In this document: one piece after another, positions 50,774 through 58,914 of the stretch | Layout: each line of letters opens with the position of its first letter | How positions within the stretch are numbered: the stretch's first letter is position 1 | Origin: Bacteroidia bacterium | GTDB taxonomy: Bacteria > Bacteroidota > Bacteroidia > Bacteroidales > VadinHA17 | Direction: 5' to 3' | NCBI GenBank assembly: GCA_026391475.1 | Contig: JAPLED010000112.1 | Coordinates: forward strand, 12,406-76,405 | DNA: 64,000 nucleotides | The notes under the pieces: generated by a model | Databases searched by the model: none | What the model saw: only the letters and a program-made list of their open reading frames with translations | Told to the model about the DNA's origin: nothing | Translations under genes and position numbers: made by a program

Positions 50774-51652
50774 CTAACGGTAACCAAATCTTTTAAGTAT
50801 CAGTGGTTTATTTCTCCAGTCTTTAGTCACTTTTACATACATTTCAAGAAAGACCTTCTTTTTGAAAAAATCTTCCATATCATGTCTGGCTTCGGTTCCC
50901 ACTCTTTTTAACATGGCTCCTTTATGCCCGATAATAATACCTTTCTGACTGTCGCGGATAACATGGATAAGTGCTCTTATTTTGATGAGATTCTTTTCCT
51001 CTGTAAAGCTTTCAATCTCTATTTCAACAGAATACGGGATTTCTTTTTGATAATTAACAAGTATTTTTTCGCGTATGATCTCCGAAGCAAAGAACCGTTC
51101 GTATTTATCAGTCAGTTGATCTTTCGGGAAAAACGGCAAGCCTTCAGGAAGTTTGTCGAGAATGGCATTCAGAAGAGCATCGAGGTTAAAGTTTTTAAGT
51201 GCAGAAAGTGGTATAACAGGCGAATCAGGAAAAGCAAGATGCCACACCGCAACAATTTTTTCAAGATCGTCCTGATTTGTCAGGTCAATTTTATTTACTG
51301 CAATAATAACAGGAATACCTGATTCTTTAATCTTCTCAATATATTCACCTTCGTTAGCGGTATGTTCGGTTACATCGGTAACATAAAGGATCATGTCGGC
51401 ATCAGAAAGCGCAATGTTAACAAAGTTCATCATTGTCTCCTGAAGCTTGTATTGAGGTTTCAGTATACCGGGGGTATCGGAATAGACTATCTGAAAATCA
51501 TCACCATTTACGATCCCCATTATACGATGACGGGTCGTCTGTGCTTTCGGAGTAATAATAGAAAGCTTTTCACCAACAAGAGCGTTCATAATGGTCGATT
51601 TCCCGACATTAGGATTTCCCAATATGTTTACAAAACCTGATCTGTGACTCAT
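50774..51652 (-). CDS. era: GTPase Era
   Basis: GNPNVGKST, DTPG and NKID motifs, with a C-terminal KH domain (IIGHKGAMLKRVG). Confidence 0.95.
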   Translation of the reverse strand: MSHRSGFVNILGNPNVGKSTIMNALVGEKLSIITPKAQTTRHRIMGIVNGDDFQIVYSDTPGILKPQYKLQETMMNFVNIALSDADMILYVTDVTEHTANEGEYIEKIKESGIPVIIAVNKIDLTNQDDLEKIVAVWHLAFPDSPVIPLSALKNFNLDALLNAILDKLPEGLPFFPKDQLTDKYERFFASEIIREKILVNYQKEIPYSVEIEIESFTEEKNLIKIRALIHVIRDSQKGIIIGHKGAMLKRVGTEARHDMEDFFKKKVFLEMYVKVTKDWRNKPLILKRFGYR

Positions 51653-51661
51653 CTGCTTTGA

Positions 51662-52453
51662 TTAAAAGATGCCCCGTTTAAGCATACTTACCTCTTTTTC
51701 GGTAAGGAATCTCCACTTTCCGCGCTGAACATTCTTTTTTGTAAGTCCTGCAAAATAAACTCTGTCGAGCTTCCTGACTTTATAGCCAAGTGTTTCAAAC
51801 ATTCTCCGGACAACTCTGTTCTGGCCCGAGTGAAGTTCTATACCAATCTGGCTTTTATCATCAGGATCTGCATAAGAGACTGCATCGGCAATGACTGTTA
51901 CCCCATCAAGTTCGATCCCTTCAGTAATTTTGAAAAGATCATTTTTAGTCACCGGGTTATCGAGAAAAACATGATAAATCTTTTTCCTTTTATATTTAGG
52001 ATGAGTGAGTTTTCCGGTAAGATCGCCATCGTTTGTAAGAAGTAGGACTCCTGTTGTTGCCTTATCAAGCCGTCCAACCGGATAGACCCTTTCAGGACAC
52101 CCATCGCCGATGAGTTCAAGTACAGTATGTTCGGCATGATGATCTTCAACTGTGGTAACATAATCTTTAGGCTTATTCATGAGTATATATACCTTTTTTT
52201 CAGCCGAAAGTTTTTTATTCTTATATCGGACTTCATCGTCATAACTGACTTTTGTCCCAAGATCTGTTACAAGTCGACCATTCACAGAAATCAATCCGTT
52301 TTTTATATGCTCATCAGCATCTCTGCGCGAACAAACACCACTATTGGCAATAAACCTGTTAAGTCTTATCTGTGTAGTTACTTTTTGTTTGCCTTTTGAG
52401 ACCGGCTTTTCATATTTTCTTACGGACCTTCCTGCAGGTTTTCGGTTCTCCAT
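51662..52453 (-). CDS. RsuA/RluB-family rRNA pseudouridine synthase with N-terminal S4 domain
   Basis: S4 motif RLNRFIANSGVCSRRDADEHI and catalytic motif GRLDKATTGVLLLTNDG. Confidence 0.85.
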   Translation of the reverse strand: MENRKPAGRSVRKYEKPVSKGKQKVTTQIRLNRFIANSGVCSRRDADEHIKNGLISVNGRLVTDLGTKVSYDDEVRYKNKKLSAEKKVYILMNKPKDYVTTVEDHHAEHTVLELIGDGCPERVYPVGRLDKATTGVLLLTNDGDLTGKLTHPKYKRKKIYHVFLDNPVTKNDLFKITEGIELDGVTVIADAVSYADPDDKSQIGIELHSGQNRVVRRMFETLGYKVRKLDRVYFAGLTKKNVQRGKWRFLTEKEVSMLKRGIF

Positions 52454-52549
52454 ATCAATTAATTATCAGGGTGCAAAAGTACAATTTTTTAGCGATATTT
52501 TGATTTGATGATTTTTTTGCACCTTTGTGAGTCTGAAAATCTAATCTGC

Positions 52550-53932
52550 ATGGCACTAATAAAATCAATATCAGGTATCAGGGGAACCATAGGTGGAAAA
52601 CCAGGAGAAAGCCTCTCTCCGGTTGATATTGTGAAATTCGCAGCTGCCTTTGGAACATGGGTACAAAGAAGGCATAATAAAGAAGGTCTTAAAGTAATTG
52701 TGGGTCGTGATGCCCGGAAATCAGGGAGCATGGTAAATAATCTCGTAATTACCACATTACGAGGCCTCGGAATACATGTAACTGATCTGGGAATGGCGAC
52801 AACGCCTACTGTTGAACTGGCAGTAACAGGAACACATGCCGATGGTGGAATTATTATTACTGCAAGCCATAATCCTGCAGAATGGAATGCACTCAAATTA
52901 CTGAATGAAGAAGGAGAGTTTCTTTCATCTCAGGATGGCATGAAAGTTTTGGAGATAGCTGCCGCTGAAGATTTTATTTTTGTTTCAAATGATTTTGCCG
53001 GTTCCCTTGAGTATGATGATACATGGGGGAAAAAGCATATTGATCAGATTCTTGGTTTAAATCTGGTGGCTGTAAATGAGATAAAAGCTGAAGGGTTCAC
53101 GGTTGCAATAGATTGCATAAACTCAGTTGGTGGCATAATACTGCCTCTTTTCCTAAGATCGCTCGGGGTAGACAAAATAATTGAACTGAACACAACTCCT
53201 GACGGAAATTTTGCACATAACCCTGAACCACTGCCTGAAAATCTGAAAGCTATTTCTGAACTTGTTGTTAAGGGAAAGGCCGATATGGGGTTTGTTGTTG
53301 ACCCCGATGTTGACCGTCTGGCTATTGTCTGTGAAGATGGAGCTATGTTTGGCGAAGAATATACACTTGTTGCAATTTCTGATTATATTCTTAAAAATAC
53401 TCCTGGGAGTACGGTATCTAACTTATCCTCTACAAGGGCATTAAGAGATATTACGACGAAGTATGGTTGCAAATACTATTCATCTGCTGTTGGAGAAGTT
53501 AATGTAGTAGAAGAGATGAAAAAAAGAGATGCTGTAATAGGAGGAGAGGGCAACGGAGGAGTTATTTACCCTGAACTGCATTATGGCCGTGATGCATTGG
53601 CAGGAATTGCTCTTTTTCTGTCGCATCTTGCAAAAAGCAACATGAAATGCTCTTCTCTGCGACAGCTTTATCCTCAATATGTGATTGCCAAGAAGAAACT
53701 TACCCTTGCCCCTGCTACAGAATTCAGCCAGATCGTAAATGCGGTTAAAAATCATTTTCGTGATCATAAAATTGATGAAAGAGATGGTTTATGGATTGAA
53801 CATAAGAATGGCTGGGTGCAGATCAGGAAATCGAATACAGAGCCAATAATGCGAATCTATGCCGAAGGGAGAACAATTCAGGAGGCAGATGTCCTGGCAG
53901 ATACTGTTGTTGAAATTGTTAAAAATCTCTAA
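52550..53932 (+). CDS. glmM: phosphoglucosamine mutase
   Basis: SISGIRG N-terminus, phosphoserine loop TASHNPAEWN and Mg site DPDVDR. I chose ATG 52550; the ORF track extends to 52505. Confidence 0.9.
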   Translation: MALIKSISGIRGTIGGKPGESLSPVDIVKFAAAFGTWVQRRHNKEGLKVIVGRDARKSGSMVNNLVITTLRGLGIHVTDLGMATTPTVELAVTGTHADGGIIITASHNPAEWNALKLLNEEGEFLSSQDGMKVLEIAAAEDFIFVSNDFAGSLEYDDTWGKKHIDQILGLNLVAVNEIKAEGFTVAIDCINSVGGIILPLFLRSLGVDKIIELNTTPDGNFAHNPEPLPENLKAISELVVKGKADMGFVVDPDVDRLAIVCEDGAMFGEEYTLVAISDYILKNTPGSTVSNLSSTRALRDITTKYGCKYYSSAVGEVNVVEEMKKRDAVIGGEGNGGVIYPELHYGRDALAGIALFLSHLAKSNMKCSSLRQLYPQYVIAKKKLTLAPATEFSQIVNAVKNHFRDHKIDERDGLWIEHKNGWVQIRKSNTEPIMRIYAEGRTIQEADVLADTVVEIVKNL

Positions 53933-54115
53933 ATCATTTTATTTTTTTCCGACCCTCCGGAATAAATCAACATGAATGAGTGTCTTTAAATCATAAAGGC
54001 AAAAAAGTATTGATGTTAAATATTGTTAATGACTGAAAAGAGTAAAACCCTTTTATATACTTTTGTGGCTGATTTTTTTGAATATATTAATTATTATAAT
54101 TTCAGATGAACCGAT

Positions 54116-54131
54116 CCCCGACGTGTCGGGG
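54116..54131. repeat. perfect 16-nt palindrome CCCCGACGTGTCGGGG in the leader of the adaptor gene
   Basis: 7-bp GC-rich arms, 34 nt upstream of ATG 54165. Confidence 0.7.
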
Positions 54132-54164
54132 CGAGTTCCATCATACCTTTAAATAGATTATATT

Positions 54165-55748
54165 ATGATGAAAAGAACAATTATTATTACAGGCATTGTT
54201 GTAGTGGTAGCGATCATAATTCTGATTGTTATCGGCAAGGTAACCTCGAAGAAAAATATTTCGAATCTTTATGCTGAATCGCAAAAAGGACAGTTTGATA
54301 TCGTAGTTACCACTACTGGTGAATTACAGGCAAAAAAGTCGACCGATATTTTTGGTCCCGAGTTTACCCAGAGCAGAGGTATCAGAGCAATGGACATTAA
54401 AATAACGGATTTGGTACCTGAAGGGACAGAGGTTAAAACAGGTGATTATATTGCAACACTTGACAGAACAACTTTTGATAACAGTCTTAAAGATGAACTT
54501 GATAGACTATTAACCCAGGAGACAAATCTGGAGATGAAAATATTAGACACTGCGGTTACCCTCAGTAACTTAAGGGATAATATTAAAAATCTAAGATTTA
54601 CAGTTGAAGAGGCTGAAATAACCCTACAGCAATCGAAATATGAACCTCCTACAACCATACGTCAGGCAGAGATTTCTCTCGACAAGATTACCCGTTCACT
54701 CGACCAGTCAATAAGGGGTTATGCCTTAAGAGTCGAACAGGCTAAATCAGATATGAGAACAATAAAGAATAACCTTGCTGAACAGCGCACAAGAGTAAGC
54801 GATCTTCAGACAGTATTATCAAAGTTTATTATTACTGCTCCGGCTGATGGTATGATTATTTATAAAAGAGACAGGATGGGAATAAAAAGAAAAGTCGGCT
54901 CTTCAATAAGTCCATGGGATAATGTAGTAGCCACACTGCCCGATATGTCATCAATGATCTCAAAAACTTACGTAAACGAAATTGATGTAAGCAAGGTAAA
55001 ATCGGGGCAGAAAGTTGAAATTATGGTGGATGCCTTTCCTGAAAAATCTTATACCGGAATGGTGACTACTGTAGCAAACATCGGTGAACAGTTACCCAAT
55101 GCTGATGCCAAAGTGTTTGAGGTAAATATTGAAGTTGACGGATCTGATCCGATTTTGAGACCTTCGATGACAACGGGGAACAAGATCATTACAAAAACTA
55201 TTAGTGATGTTATCAATATCCCTCTTGAGAGTGTACAGGCAGGAGCCGACAGTATACCGTTTGTTTATCTGAAAAGCGGAAACAGGCAGGTTGTTGTTCT
55301 TGGGGAATCAAACGAAAATAATGTGGTTATTGAACAAGGCCTGGAATCAGGGGTTCAGGTTTATCTCAGTACGCCTGAAAATCCGGAAAATTTCAAATTG
55401 ATTGGTGTGGAACTGATAGCTGTAATAAAGGAAAAGATAAAAGCAAAAAAGGCAGAAGAACTGCGTCTGAGACAGGAAGCTGAAAGAGCCAACGGACAAA
55501 GAACAGGAACTATGGGCAGAAATGGAATGATGAACATCACTCCTGAAATGATGCAGCAATTTCAGAATATGAGAGGACAAGGCGGAACAAGAGATACAGC
55601 AGCAAGGCGCCGGATGACGAATATGCGTAACCAGCTTGGAGGTGCCGCCAGGGATACTTCTGCACGACGCAGGACAAACACACAGGGAGTACAGCAGACT
55701 GGAAGACAAAACACAACCACTCCGGCCCAGACTACAATCAAGAATTAA
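54165..55748 (+). CDS. HlyD/MacA-type periplasmic adaptor (membrane fusion protein) with a ~105-aa low-complexity C-terminal tail
   Basis: N-terminal TM, a lipoyl/coiled-coil hairpin and a beta-barrel region (APADGMIIY..., KVEIMVDAFP). The tail from ~aa 421 is rich in R, Q, M, T and G. Confidence 0.8.
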   Translation: MMKRTIIITGIVVVVAIIILIVIGKVTSKKNISNLYAESQKGQFDIVVTTTGELQAKKSTDIFGPEFTQSRGIRAMDIKITDLVPEGTEVKTGDYIATLDRTTFDNSLKDELDRLLTQETNLEMKILDTAVTLSNLRDNIKNLRFTVEEAEITLQQSKYEPPTTIRQAEISLDKITRSLDQSIRGYALRVEQAKSDMRTIKNNLAEQRTRVSDLQTVLSKFIITAPADGMIIYKRDRMGIKRKVGSSISPWDNVVATLPDMSSMISKTYVNEIDVSKVKSGQKVEIMVDAFPEKSYTGMVTTVANIGEQLPNADAKVFEVNIEVDGSDPILRPSMTTGNKIITKTISDVINIPLESVQAGADSIPFVYLKSGNRQVVVLGESNENNVVIEQGLESGVQVYLSTPENPENFKLIGVELIAVIKEKIKAKKAEELRLRQEAERANGQRTGTMGRNGMMNITPEMMQQFQNMRGQGGTRDTAARRRMTNMRNQLGGAARDTSARRRTNTQGVQQTGRQNTTTPAQTTIKN

Positions 55749-55767
55749 TAATTAAACAGGAAATAAA

Positions 55768-57153
55768 ATGTTTAAATTTATCTTAAGGTATTTCCACGAT
55801 ATTGAAATTGCTGTTGAATCCATCGTTTCGAACAAGCTTAAATCAATGCTTACTGCTCTTGGGATTATTTTCGGTGTGGCTGCTGTTATAGCTATGCTTG
55901 CAATAGGAAAAGGAGCCAAGCAGGAGATTATGGAACAGATGAAAATGGTCGGGGTAAACAATATCCTGATCAATCCGGTTATCCCGGACAAATCTTCTTC
56001 ATCCCAGGATGGTGAGAAACAGCAAAAAAAATTCTCAAGGGGATTAAATCTTCTTGACGTTGATGCTATAAGGCAAACACTTCCTTCAGTGAAGAGAATA
56101 AGCCCCGAGATCTCGTTTAACTCAACAGCAATGATGAATGGAGTTAAATATACTGCAAAGCTTGTAGGCGTTTCAAATGATTATTTTTATCTGTATAATC
56201 TTCCTCTTGTTGCCGGAGCATTTTTTAACGGATTTCAGGAAGAGAATGGTATACAGGTTTGTATAATCGGTGCGAACATCAGGGCAAAATTCTTCAGCAA
56301 AGTCGATCCTCTTGGTCAATACATCAAATTTAATGGTATATGGCTAAAAGTTATTGGTGTATTGCAGAAAACCAATGTCAGTCTTACAGGTTTTGAAGAA
56401 AAGGGTGTAAATGTCTATAATGACAACATTTATATACCAATCCAGACCATGTTATTAAGATATCAAAACAGAGCTCTCCTTAATACAAAGCTGGTTTCGG
56501 AAGCCACTTCAGTCAGTTTTTTTGGAGGTGGCGGTCCGGGTGGTGGCATGAGCAGAATAGTAGTAAGCAGTTCTGATGCTTCAACAAATGTTGAGACTAA
56601 TTATAATCAACTCGACAGGATAGTTGTGCAGGTAACTGAAACAGAACAGCTGCAACCAACAACTGAAATTCTGAGCCGCATGCTGACCAGAAGGCATACA
56701 GGTGTAAAAGACTTCGAGATAACTGTACCGGAATTGCTGCTAAAGCAACAACAAAGGACGAAAGATATATTTAATGTAGTTCTCGGGGCAATTGCCAGTA
56801 TTTCACTTATCGTTGGTGGTATTGGTATTATGAACATAATGTTTGCCTCGGTTATGGAAAGGATCAAGGAGATCGGTACCAGAATGGCTATCGGAGCCAA
56901 AAAGATGGATATTGTGGTACAATTCCTTGCTGAAGCAGTTCTTATTAGTGTATCCGGCGGTTTTATCGGAGTATTCTTTGGCGTGGTAATGGCAAAACTG
57001 ATAGAGCAGATAGCAGGTATTATGACAATAGTCTCCTTTTTCTCAGTATTTATTGCATTCGGTGTATCAGCTGCTGTTGGAGTAATTTTCGGCTACTCCC
57101 CGGCAAAGAGGGCATCAGAAAAAGACCCTATCGAATCATTAAGGTATGAATAA
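55768..57153 (+). CDS. MacB-type ABC permease (single FtsX domain, no ATPase domain)
   Basis: N-terminal TM (LKSMLTALGIIFGVAAVIAM), a periplasmic domain and 3 C-terminal TM helices. Ends PIESLRYE. Confidence 0.85.
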   Translation: MFKFILRYFHDIEIAVESIVSNKLKSMLTALGIIFGVAAVIAMLAIGKGAKQEIMEQMKMVGVNNILINPVIPDKSSSSQDGEKQQKKFSRGLNLLDVDAIRQTLPSVKRISPEISFNSTAMMNGVKYTAKLVGVSNDYFYLYNLPLVAGAFFNGFQEENGIQVCIIGANIRAKFFSKVDPLGQYIKFNGIWLKVIGVLQKTNVSLTGFEEKGVNVYNDNIYIPIQTMLLRYQNRALLNTKLVSEATSVSFFGGGGPGGGMSRIVVSSSDASTNVETNYNQLDRIVVQVTETEQLQPTTEILSRMLTRRHTGVKDFEITVPELLLKQQQRTKDIFNVVLGAIASISLIVGGIGIMNIMFASVMERIKEIGTRMAIGAKKMDIVVQFLAEAVLISVSGGFIGVFFGVVMAKLIEQIAGIMTIVSFFSVFIAFGVSAAVGVIFGYSPAKRASEKDPIESLRYE

Positions 57154-58648
57154 ATTATTAAAAATGAAGAAATTACTTTTATTTTCCATGATAGCTGTGC
57201 TTCTTTTTTCAGCTAAGAAAACTGATGCACAGGAAGTTAAAAAACTTACTTTCCAGGAAGTAATTAAAATTGCCGAAGAGCAGTCACCTAATGCCCTAAT
57301 GGCCAAACACCGGTACAGGGCAAGCTATTGGCAATACAGATCATATCAGGCACAGTATTTGCCATCGCTTACCTTGTCCGGTACAACCCCGGATTTCAGC
57401 AACGGACTGGATAAGGTTTACGATTCAGGAAATGATCTGTATATATATAAACCCAAAAATACAATAAGTACACTGGGAACACTGGCTCTTTCTCAGAACA
57501 TCGGCCCTACAGGGACCATAATTTCATTGAGATCGGACCTCACTCTGTTCAAGGATATTGAAAGAAAACTTCCAACTAATTATATTACCAATCCTGTGAG
57601 CATTGATATTACTCAACCTATTAGGAAATATAATACATTAAAATGGCAAAAGAAGATAGAGCCTGTAAAATATGACGCTGCCAGGAAAACCTATCTTGCA
57701 AATATTGAGGGAGTTCATACGAGTGCAGTGCAGAATTTCTTTTCTCTGGCTATGGCACAGATAAATAAGCGGATTTCAGAGATGAACTTTTTAAATGCAG
57801 ATACTCTGTATCAAACTGCACAGGGAAGATATAATCTGGGAACAATTGCTGAAGATGAACTTTTAAATATGCAGCTTACCTGGCTCAATGCCCAAACAGC
57901 CAGAAAAGAGGCAGATATGAATTTACGCGACAGGGAGATCAGGTTAAGATCATTTCTTGGATATAATGAACAGGTCAGACTTGAACTGATTCTGCCAGAT
58001 GCGATTCCCGACTTACAGGTTGATACGAAAGAAGTTCTTGATCTTGCTCTTAATAATAACCCGGATATCCTTAATCAACAGATAAATGTTCTTAATGCTC
58101 AGAGCAATGCTGCCCAGGCTAAAGCTTCAAAAGGACTTAATGCAAGTCTCACTGCTTCTCTGGGTTTATCGCAACAGTCAACTGTTTTAGCAACTGCATA
58201 TGAAAATATGAGCAATTCTCAAAGAGTCAGGGTGGGTTTTACTTTACCTATACTTGACTGGGGTCTTGGTAAAGGGAGATACCAGATGGCAAAATCAAGC
58301 CTTGAACTTGCGCAGGTCCAGCGTGATCAGGCACTAGTTGACTTTCAGCAGAATCTTCTTCTCGATGTTGAGCAGTTCAATCTGCAAAAAAACCAGGTTG
58401 CAATTGCAGCAAAATCTGATACAGTTGCCATGAAAAGATACGAAGTTACAAAGCAGCGCTTCCTGATAGGTAAAATTTCAATTCTCGAACTTAATGATGC
58501 CGATAGCAGAAAAGACCAGAACAGAAGAGCTTATGTTCAGGCTTTACAGAATTACTGGAACTATTTCTATAATATGCGCAGTCTCACTTTATTCGACTTC
58601 ATAAACAGAAAACCACTCGAAACCGATTATGATAAATTGCTTCAATAA
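57146..58648 (+). CDS. TolC-family outer membrane efflux protein
   Basis: Signal peptide and two repeated coiled-coil/beta halves. Overlaps the permease gene end. The alternative start is ATG 57164. Confidence 0.85.
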   Translation: MNKLLKMKKLLLFSMIAVLLFSAKKTDAQEVKKLTFQEVIKIAEEQSPNALMAKHRYRASYWQYRSYQAQYLPSLTLSGTTPDFSNGLDKVYDSGNDLYIYKPKNTISTLGTLALSQNIGPTGTIISLRSDLTLFKDIERKLPTNYITNPVSIDITQPIRKYNTLKWQKKIEPVKYDAARKTYLANIEGVHTSAVQNFFSLAMAQINKRISEMNFLNADTLYQTAQGRYNLGTIAEDELLNMQLTWLNAQTARKEADMNLRDREIRLRSFLGYNEQVRLELILPDAIPDLQVDTKEVLDLALNNNPDILNQQINVLNAQSNAAQAKASKGLNASLTASLGLSQQSTVLATAYENMSNSQRVRVGFTLPILDWGLGKGRYQMAKSSLELAQVQRDQALVDFQQNLLLDVEQFNLQKNQVAIAAKSDTVAMKRYEVTKQRFLIGKISILELNDADSRKDQNRRAYVQALQNYWNYFYNMRSLTLFDFINRKPLETDYDKLLQ

Positions 58649-58675
58649 TAGATAGTTATATTTAGTTAGTTTAAG

Positions 58676-58703
58676 GCTGGATTGTAAAAATCCAGCTTTT
58701 TTT
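58676..58703 (+). terminator. intrinsic terminator after the TolC-family gene
   Basis: GCTGGATT-gtaaa-AATCCAGC stem-loop followed by TTTTTTT, 28 nt after the stop codon. Confidence 0.7.
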
Positions 58704-58821
58704 GTTTCCCGATCTGAGACGATTTGCAGGATCAGCGGGAAAGAAAAAATAAAGTTTTCCGCGGATTGCGCAGATTGACGCAAATTTACTATTATATTTC
58801 CACTAATTCATCTGACTAATA

Positions 58822-58854
58822 TTTGAGTGTTTTTGCAAAAAATTAATATCTTTG
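58822..58854 (+). promoter_or_regulatory. candidate Bacteroidota sigma-A promoter for secDF (-33 TTTG, 21-nt spacer, -7 TATCTTTG)
   Basis: TTTG at 58822-58825 and TAnnTTTG at 58847-58854, about 60 nt upstream of ATG 58915. Confidence 0.45.
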
Positions 58855-58914
58855 CGCCTCAATAAAGCAGAGTAAGAAAAAATAATATCAAAATAATCCC
58901 AAAAGAACAAACAT

